Below, one piece after another: positions 1-9,966 of a stretch of DNA of 64,000 bases; the first letter of the stretch is position 1, and every line of letters starts with the position of its first letter. A program made the translations under genes and the position numbers. The DNA is from an uncultured Methylococcaceae bacterium. GTDB lineage: Bacteria > Pseudomonadota > Gammaproteobacteria > Methylococcales > Methylomonadaceae. Location of the stretch: NCBI GenBank assembly GCA_913056195.1, contig CAJXMF010000001.1, forward strand, positions 36,270 to 100,269, given 5' to 3'. A model generated the notes under the pieces. It was not told where the DNA came from. It searched no databases and saw only the letters and a list, made by a program, of their open reading frames with translations.

Positions 1-300
1 CAAGGACTGGCAACTTGGTTGCGCTTTCAGGAAAGCGTGAATAAAGGCGTTATCCCCGCCTATGAAATGATTGAAGGCCCGATTTTGCTGGTTGGCGGCG
101 CATTGTTGCTGACGCCGGGTTTTTTTACCGATGCGATCGGTTTTGCCTGTCTGGTGCCGGGCGTGCGTAAAAAAATTGCCCGTTATGTCATTGAAAATAA
201 ACTCGTGACACCCGTTGGCGGCTTTCAGCAGGAGGGTACACCGACCCATCATGTGATCGAAGGCGAATTTGAGAAAAAAGATGGCGATGAAACGCCTTAA
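1..300 (+). CDS. fxsA: FxsA family cytoplasmic membrane protein, C-terminal part (gene starts upstream of the window)
   Basis: The frame is open from nt 1. LLVGGALLLTPGFFTDAIGFACLVPGVRKKIARYV matches the conserved FxsA core as I recall it. Confidence 0.6.
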   Translation, partial: QGLATWLRFQESVNKGVIPAYEMIEGPILLVGGALLLTPGFFTDAIGFACLVPGVRKKIARYVIENKLVTPVGGFQQEGTPTHHVIEGEFEKKDGDETP

Positions 301-345
301 TACTTGATGTGACAAGCCAAAAGCATCAACCCAGTATAACACCGC

Positions 346-1635
346 TCAATCATCTATTTTCTGAATAACCTTGTGGATGCGACGCACGCCTAACGCGACA
401 ACCACCAGCACCACTGGAATCGACACACCCACGGCGATGGAGGGGTTGATTTGCCAACCGGCTGATTTCATCGCCTGGGCGATGGAGCCAATCAATCCGA
501 CGACATAGCTGGTAATGGCGATGATGGACAAGCCCTCTACCGTACTTTGCAGTTTTAATTGCATTTTGGCATGCGTATTCATGGATTTCAGCAAGGCCTG
601 GTTTTGTCGTTCGATGGAAATATCCACCCGCGTTCTGAGCAGTTCGCCGGCATTGCTGATGCGTTCTGATAAACGCATAAAACGTTTGATGGTGGACTGG
701 CAGGTGCCGATGGCAGGTTCGAGTCGGCGATTCATAAATTCACTGAAGGTTTGCAGACCCTGGATTCTGACTTCGCGCAAATCCTGAATGCGTCGAACAA
801 CCAGATTGTAATAGGCGCTGGCGGCGCCAAAACGATAATCGTTGCTGGAGATATGGTTTTCGATTTCTGCCGCCAGCCGCGTCAGTTCGTCCAGTAAACG
901 GCTGTCATCGCTGTCTTCCTCGGCCATCGCCGCCGTTATGGTGCGTAATTGCTGGTCGGATTTAATCAACACCGGGGTCAGTTGACGCGCAATGGGGAAG
1001 GCTAACAACGCCATGACCCGGTATACCTCAATTTCAAACAAACGCTGAATCAAACGACCGGCTTGCGCCTTTTTTAAATGTTTGTTGATAATCAAAAAGT
1101 GACTGAAGCCGTCGGCGTGAATCCGAAAATCCGTATAGGCGCTGGCCGCCCCGCCACTGACTTCAGCACCAACCAGGGCATTTCCGGAAAACAAGGCGCT
1201 AATCTCATCCAGGTTGTTAAGCTGGTTGGCCGGGATAATTTCAGCATGACTGGCGACCATCAATTGCCCCGGTAATTTTGCCATCCAATCGACAGGCGCC
1301 TTTTTCAGAGCCGGTTCTGCAAAGGGCTGTGAAGTATTGAGGTTGACAAAAAACGTGTAGGTGACAAATTCGCTGTGTTGCTCCCACAGCAACTGAAAAT
1401 CGCCAAAAGTAGCCATAAAATGATTGGCATCGGGCGTTGGCGGGGTGATGCCAAAGCGCTCACAGAGCGTCAATAAATGGGCGAAGTCTTGTTTTTTTTC
1501 TTCAGGATTGACCATTAAGGCCAAATGCGAGGCGCGGACTGGTAATTCCAGGATCACCGAGGCGCGGGCATGAACTTCATTGTGTAACAGAAAGCGTTTG
1601 GAATGATTTTCAGGTAGCGGAAATAATGTTGGCAC
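346..1635 (-). CDS. DUF3422-family membrane-anchored protein
   Basis: 429-aa ORF with a GTG start. The N-terminal LLHNEVHARASV...RASHLA pattern and two C-terminal TM helices are typical of DUF3422 proteins, from memory. Confidence 0.5.
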   Translation of the reverse strand: MPTLFPLPENHSKRFLLHNEVHARASVILELPVRASHLALMVNPEEKKQDFAHLLTLCERFGITPPTPDANHFMATFGDFQLLWEQHSEFVTYTFFVNLNTSQPFAEPALKKAPVDWMAKLPGQLMVASHAEIIPANQLNNLDEISALFSGNALVGAEVSGGAASAYTDFRIHADGFSHFLIINKHLKKAQAGRLIQRLFEIEVYRVMALLAFPIARQLTPVLIKSDQQLRTITAAMAEEDSDDSRLLDELTRLAAEIENHISSNDYRFGAASAYYNLVVRRIQDLREVRIQGLQTFSEFMNRRLEPAIGTCQSTIKRFMRLSERISNAGELLRTRVDISIERQNQALLKSMNTHAKMQLKLQSTVEGLSIIAITSYVVGLIGSIAQAMKSAGWQINPSIAVGVSIPVVLVVVALGVRRIHKVIQKIDD

Positions 1636-1732
1636 GGCGCATTCGGGCGGTGTTTAAAATAGATGAGTATAGATAAAATGCGGGAAATAAGCGAACAACG
1701 GGATAAAGACGCGCTTTATCCCGTTTGGATAC

Positions 1733-1990
1733 TTAGCTATCAGATTTGTCTTCAGTGTCCGCTGCAGAGGATGAGTCTTGCTCCAGCGTGCTTTTGTCCA
1801 TTGCCGAGTATGCCGGACACCAGCCGGAATAGCCGGTCGCGGCTAAAACACAGCCAATCAGCAATAAAGGGACGCTGGCGGTAAACAGCGAAATAAATAT
1901 CGCCGCGGCGCCGCCCCAGAGGCGATATTTTTTTTCCTGTGCACCGACATTGTGTTCGAATTTTATTAAACGTTTGACATCAAAGCTCAT
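1733..1990 (-). CDS. DUF2892 / YgaP-like small membrane protein
   Basis: 85 aa with two hydrophobic helices and a GWCPAY motif characteristic of the YgaP-like TM domain. Confidence 0.55.
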   Translation of the reverse strand: MSFDVKRLIKFEHNVGAQEKKYRLWGGAAAIFISLFTASVPLLLIGCVLAATGYSGWCPAYSAMDKSTLEQDSSSAADTEDKSDS

Positions 1991-2264
1991 GATTTTACCT
2001 TCCTGCCCGTGTTAAGTGATCGGAAATGCTGAAAAATCAGTTGCCTGGCTGGTCACAACCAGGCTAGCTGTCTTTCCATGTTTCCTGTTGTTATTGTGTG
2101 GATTGCATTGACGTTTAGGGCCAGGCCCAAAAATCAAAACGTCAACTTTTAAATATACACCGCTTGAAAAATTGTGCAAGGCGCAGTAATAGGCTATTTA
2201 AATCGTGAGCACTGTTTTAATGGTATATTGAACGGTTTGAGTCAATATTATCAGTTGTTTTAAG

Positions 2265-4430
2265 ATGGATACCGAATCAATTATCAGTCAGTTAAATGAT
2301 GCGCAAAGACTTGCCGTTTCTGCCCCGGAACAGCCGGTTTTGGTACTGGCAGGTGCAGGCAGCGGTAAAACGCGGGTGCTGGTGCATCGAATTGCCTGGC
2401 ATATCATGGTGAATGGCGTGTCACCGCAAAATATTCTGGCGGTGACGTTTACCAACAAGGCGGCGACCGAAATGCGCGGCCGGGTGGAAGCGTTACTTAA
2501 ACAATCGGCGCGCAATTTATGGATCGGGACCTTTCACGGTTTGGCACATCGCTTGCTTAGACGCCATGCCAAACAGGCAAAATTGCCGGAAACCTTTCAG
2601 GTGATCGATTCTGATGATCAGCTGCGGTTGATTAAACGTTTGCTGCGCAATTTGAATATTGATGATAGCAAATATCCGCCCAAACAAATCCAATGGTATA
2701 TCAATGCGCAAAAGGATGAAGGCATCCGCGCACGCCATATGATTGAAGATGGCGACCCGTTTCAGCGACAAATGATTGCGATTTATAAGGCCTATGAAGA
2801 GGTTTGTCATCGTTCGGGGTTAGTCGATTTTGGCGAATTATTGCTTAGAACGCATGAATTACTGCGTGATAATGACGATTTGCTAAGCTTTTATCGGCAA
2901 CGCTTTCGGCATGTGCTGGTTGATGAATTTCAGGATACCAACACCATACAATACGCCTGGCTGCGCTTGCTGACCGAGGGCCAGAACAATCTATTCGTGG
3001 TTGGCGATGACGATCAGTCTATTTACGGCTGGCGCGGGGCAAAAATTGAAAATATTTATTCATTCCGCAAACACTATCCCGATCACCAGCTGATCAAACT
3101 GGAACAGAATTACCGTTCCACCGGCCATATTCTGAAGGCCGCCAACACGTTGATCGCCAACAACGAAGAACGTCTGGGCAAGGACTTGTGGACCGACAGC
3201 GGTGATGGCGATTTGATTTCCTTATATACGGCATTCAATGAACAGGACGAGGCCTATTTTGTCGTTGAGAAAATACGGCAATGGGTGAATGACGGGGGAT
3301 TGCGCCGGGATGTCGCCATTTTGTATCGCTCCAATGCCCAATCACGACAGTTTGAGGAAAAATTGATGAGTACCGGCACGCCGTATCGGGTTTACGGTGG
3401 GTTGCGGTTCTTTGAGCGAATGGAAATCAAAAATGCGCTGGCGTATTTAAGGCTGATGTCCAATCGGGATGACGATGCGGCGTTTGAGCGTGTCGTCAAT
3501 ACGCCGACCCGGGGAATCGGCAATAAAACACTGGAGGATGTTCGGCAACTGGCCCGGAGCGAAAATATTTCATTATGGCAGGCCGGGTTGAAAATGCTGC
3601 AACAAAATCGCTTGACCGCTCGTGCCGCCAATGCACTGAGAGGCTTTCAACAGCTTATCCAAAATCTGGCCACCGAAGCCGAAGGGCAGGAATTGTTTGA
3701 AAAAGTGCAGCTTGTGGTTGAAAAAAGCGGCCTGATTGCCTTGTATAAAAAAGAGAAAGGTGAAAAAGGCGAAGCACGGGTGGAAAACCTGGAGGAATTG
3801 GTCAACGCCGCCCGTTTGTTTGACTATGAAGCCGATAATGAAGAAAACCTGTCGGAACTGGATATGTTTCTGGCACACGCCGCGCTGGAGGCCGGTGATA
3901 CACAGGGCGAAGACTATGAGGATTGTGTACAGCTGATGACATTACATTCGGCCAAAGGACTGGAGTTTAAAATTGTGTTTTTGGTCGGCATGGAAGACGG
4001 TTTGTTCCCTTCCCAACAATCGACCGACGATCCAGCCCGGCTACAGGAAGAACGACGCTTGTGTTATGTGGGCATCACCCGTGCACGTGAGCAACTGTAT
4101 TTAACCCATGCTGAATCGCGTCGTTTGTATGGCAATGAAACCTATCCTGCACCCTCGCGTTTTATTCGGGAAATTCCGGCTGAATTGATGCAGGAAATCC
4201 GTCTGCGCGCTAATCTGAATCAAAAGCTGGCACCGACCGCTAAGAACAGCAGTGCGGCTATGGCGGGCGCTAAATATAAACTGGGCCAGCGCGTCATTCA
4301 TCAGAAATTTGGCGAAGGCGTGGTGTTACAGGTGGAAGGTGAAGGCGCACAGGAGCGGGTGCAGATCAATTTTAAGACTGTTGGACTAAAATGGTTGATG
4401 TTGGCTTATGCCAAATTATCGACTGTGTAA
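2265..4430 (+). CDS. uvrD: DNA helicase II (UvrD)
   Basis: 721 aa with SF1 helicase motifs (AGAGSGKT, VDEFQDTN, QNYRS, TLHSAKGLEF, YVGITRA) and full-length collinearity with UvrD. Confidence 0.95.
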   Translation: MDTESIISQLNDAQRLAVSAPEQPVLVLAGAGSGKTRVLVHRIAWHIMVNGVSPQNILAVTFTNKAATEMRGRVEALLKQSARNLWIGTFHGLAHRLLRRHAKQAKLPETFQVIDSDDQLRLIKRLLRNLNIDDSKYPPKQIQWYINAQKDEGIRARHMIEDGDPFQRQMIAIYKAYEEVCHRSGLVDFGELLLRTHELLRDNDDLLSFYRQRFRHVLVDEFQDTNTIQYAWLRLLTEGQNNLFVVGDDDQSIYGWRGAKIENIYSFRKHYPDHQLIKLEQNYRSTGHILKAANTLIANNEERLGKDLWTDSGDGDLISLYTAFNEQDEAYFVVEKIRQWVNDGGLRRDVAILYRSNAQSRQFEEKLMSTGTPYRVYGGLRFFERMEIKNALAYLRLMSNRDDDAAFERVVNTPTRGIGNKTLEDVRQLARSENISLWQAGLKMLQQNRLTARAANALRGFQQLIQNLATEAEGQELFEKVQLVVEKSGLIALYKKEKGEKGEARVENLEELVNAARLFDYEADNEENLSELDMFLAHAALEAGDTQGEDYEDCVQLMTLHSAKGLEFKIVFLVGMEDGLFPSQQSTDDPARLQEERRLCYVGITRAREQLYLTHAESRRLYGNETYPAPSRFIREIPAELMQEIRLRANLNQKLAPTAKNSSAAMAGAKYKLGQRVIHQKFGEGVVLQVEGEGAQERVQINFKTVGLKWLMLAYAKLSTV

Positions 4431-4470
4431 CAGATGTTACGCCGTCATGCCCGTAACATCAGCACGCCAT

Positions 4471-4908
4471 TCAAACAGACTGCTTTTTTGCCAGGGTTTC
4501 GCCCAGTCGGGCGAGCGCATTTTGAAGTTTTTTGTCTTTTTGCGTTTGCGCCGTTTGCTGAATGAGGGCGATATTTTCGGGGGACGGCAGGCGTGGTTTT
4601 CGGGTTGAGCGTGGCCTCACGCGCTCAGGAATAACCTTGATTTGAACGCGTTGTAATTGTGGCCAGCCCGCATCAATCGCTTTATGTAAAATGCCTTGAT
4701 GATAAAAACGCAATTGTGATGACCAAATGGCCGACGCCGTGTAAAGCACCAGTTTTTTACCGGATACCACGCAGTATTGCACATGCCCGGCCAGGCTTTC
4801 CGGTAGCATTGATTTGATTTGAATCAATAAGCGTTGTTGTTGGTTGATAACCTGCTGGTAGCGGGCCAGTACAGGCAAGCGGCCCGCCGGTTTAAAGGCT
4901 TTTTTCAT
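4471..4908 (-). CDS. DciA / DUF721 family protein
   Basis: 145 aa. The pattern G-KLVLYTASAIWSSQLRF...ILHKAI, followed by a basic C-tail, resembles DUF721 (DciA) proteins. Confidence 0.55.
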   Translation of the reverse strand: MKKAFKPAGRLPVLARYQQVINQQQRLLIQIKSMLPESLAGHVQYCVVSGKKLVLYTASAIWSSQLRFYHQGILHKAIDAGWPQLQRVQIKVIPERVRPRSTRKPRLPSPENIALIQQTAQTQKDKKLQNALARLGETLAKKQSV

Positions 4909-4918
4909 GAATTAAACG

Positions 4919-5218
4919 TTAATTCCAGGAGCGTACCACCGCTTCCTGGGATTCCAGCATGGGCCAGTCGAAATCTTCCAGAATGGCGACGCCCGCAATC
5001 AATTCACTGATATCGATATTGCGAAGCATCAAATCGGCTTTTCTGACACAAATATTCACATGCTTCAATGTCGCTTGTATCCATTTCAGTGTAGTATTGT
5101 TCTGCTTGATCGAATAAACCGCATTCTCGGTAAAGATGATCGTGTCACCTTCGGCTGTTTTTTCCAGTTCAGACGGGTTGATGGGGAATTGGCTGATGAT
5201 ATGAAGCATGGCAAGCAC
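4919..5218 (-). CDS. TusB/DsrH-family sulfur-relay protein (stand-alone)
   Basis: 99 aa. MLHIISQ-P, EGDTIIFTENAVYS and the C-terminal VVRSW align well with remembered TusB/DsrH sequences. Confidence 0.6.
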   Translation of the reverse strand: MLAMLHIISQFPINPSELEKTAEGDTIIFTENAVYSIKQNNTTLKWIQATLKHVNICVRKADLMLRNIDISELIAGVAILEDFDWPMLESQEAVVRSWN

Positions 5219-5321
5219 CTCGGTATACGTTAGGTATTACAGGCTTAAATGACAAAAAACCCATAAAAAACAAGACACGTTAATCCTAGGCCAATTGTTG
5301 GGTGTTGCCAAGGGTTGTTGG

Positions 5322-5344
5322 TATAAAAATACAATATTTTTATA
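5322..5344. promoter_or_regulatory. Perfect 10-bp inverted repeat (TATAAAAATA-CAA-TATTTTTATA) upstream of modA; candidate operator
   Basis: Read directly from the sequence. It lies ~115 nt upstream of the modA ATG in the divergent intergenic region. Its AT-rich TATA-type half-sites are reminiscent of ModE operators. Confidence 0.3.
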
Positions 5345-5460
5345 TTTAACTGCAGGAACAAGCCGTAACATTTTGATTTATAAATTTAAAAAAATTTAAT
5401 GGCCTGTTGTTTTTTTGTGACAGTTTGTATTTTAAAGGCAGGTTTTGCCGGTTTTTTATT

Positions 5461-6219
5461 ATGGCGATGAAGTCCATCCTCTTTTGTTTGCTTTTAACGG
5501 TGACTCTGCTGACGCAGGCCGCTCCGCCACCGTTGATTGCAGTCGCGTCTAATTTCAGGTGGGTGATGGTGCCGCTCGAACACCGTTTTGAGCAGGAAAC
5601 CGGGTATAAATTGCGTATCAGTTACGCCGCTTCCGGCCTGTTAGCGCAACAGATCAGACAGGGCGCACCCTTCGAGCTGTTTATTTCCGCCAATCCGGAT
5701 TATATCGAATATTTGCCGACCAAGAAGATCCGCCAAAAACAGGTTTTGGCTTACGGGCAACTGGCCTTGATGCTCTCCCGTTCAGTGTCTTTACCCATAG
5801 ATTCCCGTTTGAATGGGCTAGGACGAACAAGCAAAATTCGTCACATCGTCATTGCCAATCCAGATTATGCGCCTTTCGGTGAAGCAGCTTTAGCCATTTT
5901 GCAGGGTTTACAGGGTTGGTCACAGATCAAAGCGCGGCTGATTTATGCCGAAAATGCCGCGCAAACGGTACATTTTATTGTATCGGGTGCGGCGCAGGCC
6001 GGTCTGGTCCCTTATAGCCTGGCACTGAACCCAGCCTTGAAAACCCGCGTCCAAACTGTATTACTGGCGCCCGCATTACAGCCGGATTTGCCGCAAACGG
6101 CCGCCCTGCTGTCATCTGCCGGTGATGTAGCCACACAGTTTTACCGCTTTTTAGGCCGCGAAGCCAGCCAAACCGTGTTACGACAACACGGTTTTACTAT
6201 TGAAAGGACAACGCGATAA
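5461..6219 (+). CDS. modA: Molybdate ABC transporter substrate-binding protein
   Basis: Signal peptide MAMKSILFCLLLTVTLLTQAAP. A ModA-like body (VASNF, YAASG, ISANP) sits directly upstream of modB and modC. The start is taken at ATG 5461 rather than the ORF-track TTG at 5407. Confidence 0.85.
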   Translation: MAMKSILFCLLLTVTLLTQAAPPPLIAVASNFRWVMVPLEHRFEQETGYKLRISYAASGLLAQQIRQGAPFELFISANPDYIEYLPTKKIRQKQVLAYGQLALMLSRSVSLPIDSRLNGLGRTSKIRHIVIANPDYAPFGEAALAILQGLQGWSQIKARLIYAENAAQTVHFIVSGAAQAGLVPYSLALNPALKTRVQTVLLAPALQPDLPQTAALLSSAGDVATQFYRFLGREASQTVLRQHGFTIERTTR

Positions 6220-6887
6220 TGGATTGGCCGGCATTCAATCTTTCCATCAAGCTTAGCTTGCTTACCGTGTTGATTTTGTTACCGGTGGGTATTCTGGCCG
6301 GGCGTTTGCTGGCCAATCGGCATTTTCCCGGACGTTTTCTGTTGCAAAGCGTGATTACCTTACCTTTAGTGTTGCCGCCTACGGTACTGGGCTATTATTT
6401 ATTGGTCAGTTTCAACCCCGATCATGGGCTTGGCAAGTGGTTAGCCGACAGTTTCGATCTACACTTGATTTTCAGTTTTGACGGGCTGGTGCTGGCCTCG
6501 GTTATTTTCAATTTGCCGTTTGCCATTCAACCGATGCAGCGTGCTTTTAGCGACATTCCCGCCGAAATCCGGGAAGCGGCACAGTGCTGTGGACTGAACC
6601 CCTGGCGGGTGTTATGGAAAATAGAATTGCCGTTGGCCTGGCCCGGTATTCTAATGGGATTGGTGATGACCTTTGCGCATACATTGGGTGAATTTGGTCT
6701 CGTGTTGATGGTCGGCGGCAATATTCCCGGCGAAACCCAAACCCTGGCGATTGCCATCTACGAAAAAATGCAGCTGTTTGACCAGCCGGCCGCATCGGTG
6801 ATGGCGTTAACGTTGTTGATTTTCTCTCTGCTGACGCTCAGTCTGAGTTTTTGGCTGAGCGCTTGCCGTGAAAAACGCTATGTCTAA
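6219..6887 (+). CDS. modB: Molybdate ABC transporter permease
   Basis: 222 aa, multi-TM, with the EAA-type loop EAAQCCGLNPWRVLWKIELPLA. The start abuts the modA stop. Confidence 0.9.
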   Translation: MDWPAFNLSIKLSLLTVLILLPVGILAGRLLANRHFPGRFLLQSVITLPLVLPPTVLGYYLLVSFNPDHGLGKWLADSFDLHLIFSFDGLVLASVIFNLPFAIQPMQRAFSDIPAEIREAAQCCGLNPWRVLWKIELPLAWPGILMGLVMTFAHTLGEFGLVLMVGGNIPGETQTLAIAIYEKMQLFDQPAASVMALTLLIFSLLTLSLSFWLSACREKRYV

Positions 6888-7974
6888 AGTCGGTATTTCT
6901 GTTTTATTATCGCAACAGCGGCCGATTCCATTACAGGTAAAACTAGACTGCAAACCCGGCGAATTATTAGCCTTAACCGGCCCTTCCGGCAGTGGTAAAA
7001 CCACCATTCTTCGCGCCATCGCCGGCTTATATCAGGCCAGGCGCGGCCATGTTGAATGTAATGACGAAATCTGGCAGGATGGAAAACGTTTTTTAGCCGC
7101 CCATCGGCGCCATGTCGGGCTGGTTTTTCAACAATACGCCCTGTTTCCGCATTTAACCGTATTTGAGAATATCCGGCTGGCATTGCCGAAGCAATCAAAG
7201 TCCAAGTCGTACAGGGAAGTCATGACATTACTGGCGCAGGTGCATCTGACGGGTCTTGAAAAACGCTATCCCAAGCAATTATCCGGTGGTCAGAAACAAC
7301 GTGTCGCCGTCGCGCGCGCGCTGGCCCGAAAGCCTGCAGTTTTATTGTTGGATGAGCCGTTTTCAGCGGTGGATCAGGTCACCCGACGTAAATTATACCG
7401 GGAATTATTGCTGTTACGGCAATCGCTGGCAATTCCGATTATTCTGGTGACCCACGATTTGGAAGAGTCGGCGTTACTGGCCGATAACATTGCGCTGTTG
7501 CATAAAGGTGAGGTACTGCAAACCGGTACACCGGAAACCCTGCTCAAACGCCCCCAAACCGTCACCATCGCCCGATTGATGGATCAGCAAAATGTATTTG
7601 AAGCCCGTGTTATTGAACAGGCGCCGAACCAAACCATCCTCAATTGGCACGGCATTGTTTTACACGCACAAGCCCAGCCAGACTGGCCTGTTGATGGCAA
7701 CGTCGTGCATTGGATGGTTCCCGCATCGGGTATTTTATTACACCGTCGTGACCGACCCTCGCGGGGAGAAAAAGAGAATCCGCTGTCAGGCCGGATTGTT
7801 GAATATTTTGAAACCAACGGCCAGGTGCATATCTACGTGAGTGTCGATCAAGCCCCCTTGTGCAAACTAAATATCAATGTGCCGCTCCACGTCGCCCAAC
7901 GCAACCGCTTAAGCTTAGGTGAAACCATCAGTTTTTCAATATTGGCCCAGCATATTCATTTAATGAAATCATAG
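6868..7974 (+). CDS. modC: Molybdate ABC transporter ATP-binding protein with C-terminal TOBE/Mop-like domain
   Basis: Walker A GPSGSGKTT, signature LSGGQKQRV, Walker B LLLDEPF, plus a ~130-aa C-terminal extension. The alternative ATG at 6880 overlaps the modB stop and may be the true start. Confidence 0.9.
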   Translation: MKNAMSKVGISVLLSQQRPIPLQVKLDCKPGELLALTGPSGSGKTTILRAIAGLYQARRGHVECNDEIWQDGKRFLAAHRRHVGLVFQQYALFPHLTVFENIRLALPKQSKSKSYREVMTLLAQVHLTGLEKRYPKQLSGGQKQRVAVARALARKPAVLLLDEPFSAVDQVTRRKLYRELLLLRQSLAIPIILVTHDLEESALLADNIALLHKGEVLQTGTPETLLKRPQTVTIARLMDQQNVFEARVIEQAPNQTILNWHGIVLHAQAQPDWPVDGNVVHWMVPASGILLHRRDRPSRGEKENPLSGRIVEYFETNGQVHIYVSVDQAPLCKLNINVPLHVAQRNRLSLGETISFSILAQHIHLMKS

Positions 7975-8105
7975 CCTGCTGGACGGAACGAATCTGGCCC
8001 TCTATGATAAACACTATAGTTTATATCCAATACACGTTATCGTGAATTCTCTGCAAATATTTACAGGATCGCTATATTCCTCATACCGTCTATAGGTGTC
8101 ATGCT

Positions 8106-9674
8106 ATGCAAGCTTATATTGATAATTTAATACAGGCCATCACGTTGTCGGGCGAAGCTGAGGTCGTTGAGCGGGTTGAAACCCATATTTCCTGGGTTTT
8201 GCTGACAGGAAAATATGCCTACAAAATCAAAAAGCCGGTAAATCTTGGCTTTCTTGATTTTTCCACGCTGGAAAAACGGCATTTTTATTGTCAGGAAGAA
8301 TTGCGCTTGAATGCACGATTGGCGCCATCAATTTATCTTGATGTCGTTCCGATTACCGGGAGCATGGAGAAGCCGGTATTGGGCGGTAAAGGTGCGGTTA
8401 TTGATTATGCGGTAAAGATGACACAGTTTCCGGCACAGTCGGAATTAACCCATGTGGTGGCGCAGAATCAGCTTAAAAACAGACATATTGACAGGCTGGC
8501 AGAAATCATTGCAGACTTTCATCAACGCATCGACAGGTCTTCCGTGCAGACAAAATGGGGAACGCCAGAACAAGCACATCACTCTACGCGGGATACCTTT
8601 GCATGTTTGTTGCGCAATTTGAGTGATGATAACGACCGGTCACGGGTTGAAAAAATGTATCGATGGATCAACGATACATTTGACCAGTACAAAGCCGATT
8701 TTCAACACAGACATGACCAAGGCTTTGTGCGTGAATGTCACGGCGATTTACATCTTGGCAATATTGCGTTGGTGGGGGATGATATTCTGATTTTCGATGG
8801 CATTGAGTTCAGTGAATCGCTGCGCTGGATAGATGTTATCAGCGAGATTGCCTTTTTGATAATGGATTTGCAGTATCGGAATCTTCAGCCCAAAGCCTAT
8901 CGTTTGCTCAATGCCTATCTGGAGCAGACCGGTGATTATACCGGCTTGAAATTATTGCGCTATTATCGGGTTTATCGGGCAATCGTCCGGGCCATGGTGG
9001 CGGCCTTGCGTGCCAGGCAGTCAGACGTTTCGACACAGGCGCAGAAAGCCTTGCAGCAGGAATACCGGGCCTATCTTGATCTTGCCGAGCGCTATATCAA
9101 ACCGCAACAACCGCTGTTGTTACTCTGCCACGGCTTTTCCGCTTCTGGCAAGTCTACGATTACACAGCTTATCCTGGAAAACCTGCCGGCCATACGTTTA
9201 CGTTCCGATGTTGAACGTAAACGTTTGTTTGGTCTTAAAAAACAGCAGAAAACGCATTCCGGTATCGGCCAAAATGTGTACAGCAACCAAGCGACCGAGT
9301 TGACGTATGATAAATTAAAAGCGTTGTCGGAAGTCGTGTTGCAAAGCGGTTATCATGTGATTGTCGATGCAACTTTTCTATCCAAACGTCAGCGGCGAAA
9401 ATTTTACGACATAGGACAACGCAGTTCATGCCCGTGGATTATTGTTGATTTTGTGGTCGCAGAAGATGTTTTGCGGGCGCGTATTGAAAATCGGTGTAAA
9501 AACCAGACTGGAGTTTCGGAAGCCGATAGCGCGATTCTGGATTATCAGTTAAAAAACCATGATCCCCTGGATCAATATGAAAAAAAATTTACCTGTACAA
9601 TCAATGCTGAAAAGCACTTCGTATTTTCTACTTTTAAACAACAGTTGGAACAGTGCCTGACACAGAGTAAATAG
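8106..9674 (+). CDS. Bifunctional aminoglycoside-phosphotransferase-like kinase / P-loop ATP-binding protein
   Basis: The N-terminal half has an APH/ePK-like catalytic loop (CHGDLHLGNI...FDGIEF). The C-terminal half has the P-loop GFSASGKST and a zeta-toxin/gluconate-kinase-like fold pattern. Confidence 0.7.
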   Translation: MQAYIDNLIQAITLSGEAEVVERVETHISWVLLTGKYAYKIKKPVNLGFLDFSTLEKRHFYCQEELRLNARLAPSIYLDVVPITGSMEKPVLGGKGAVIDYAVKMTQFPAQSELTHVVAQNQLKNRHIDRLAEIIADFHQRIDRSSVQTKWGTPEQAHHSTRDTFACLLRNLSDDNDRSRVEKMYRWINDTFDQYKADFQHRHDQGFVRECHGDLHLGNIALVGDDILIFDGIEFSESLRWIDVISEIAFLIMDLQYRNLQPKAYRLLNAYLEQTGDYTGLKLLRYYRVYRAIVRAMVAALRARQSDVSTQAQKALQQEYRAYLDLAERYIKPQQPLLLLCHGFSASGKSTITQLILENLPAIRLRSDVERKRLFGLKKQQKTHSGIGQNVYSNQATELTYDKLKALSEVVLQSGYHVIVDATFLSKRQRRKFYDIGQRSSCPWIIVDFVVAEDVLRARIENRCKNQTGVSEADSAILDYQLKNHDPLDQYEKKFTCTINAEKHFVFSTFKQQLEQCLTQSK

Positions 9675-9823
9675 TGCGGCGATTGGACAGGCTTCTTACA
9701 AAGCAAAAAACGCAGCAAAGAGAATACATTCTTTTTATTGATGGAGAAAAACCGCTGCCCGCTAAAACCAATAACCCGCTTTATATCCGAATTATCGGCG
9801 CACCGAGGAAATTGAACGAAAAG

Positions 9824-9850
9824 ACCGGCTAACCATGCCGGTTTTTTTTG
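9824..9850 (+). terminator. Rho-independent terminator candidate
   Basis: ACCGGC-taaccat-GCCGGT stem-loop followed by a run of 8 T. Confidence 0.5.
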
Positions 9851-9966
9851 CCAAAAATAGGGCAATGATTACCGGATAAAAACAGGTATTTTATTTTCAA
9901 CTGTCCCGTGAGTGTCCCATGGGCTTATTTTGAAGCGACTGAAAAAAGTTAGCTATTTGATTTAAT

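Noticed and set aside
2542-2557. Perfect sigma54-like element TGGCAC-N5-TTGCT
   Set aside because: It lies ~280 nt inside the uvrD coding sequence, in the sense orientation, with no downstream gene start to serve. Most likely a chance match.
5430-5460. Small GGCA/TGCC hairpin plus T run just before the modA ATG, considered as an attenuator or Moco riboswitch remnant
   Set aside because: The stem is only 4 bp. I could not recognise conserved Moco-riboswitch features in the 240-nt leader.
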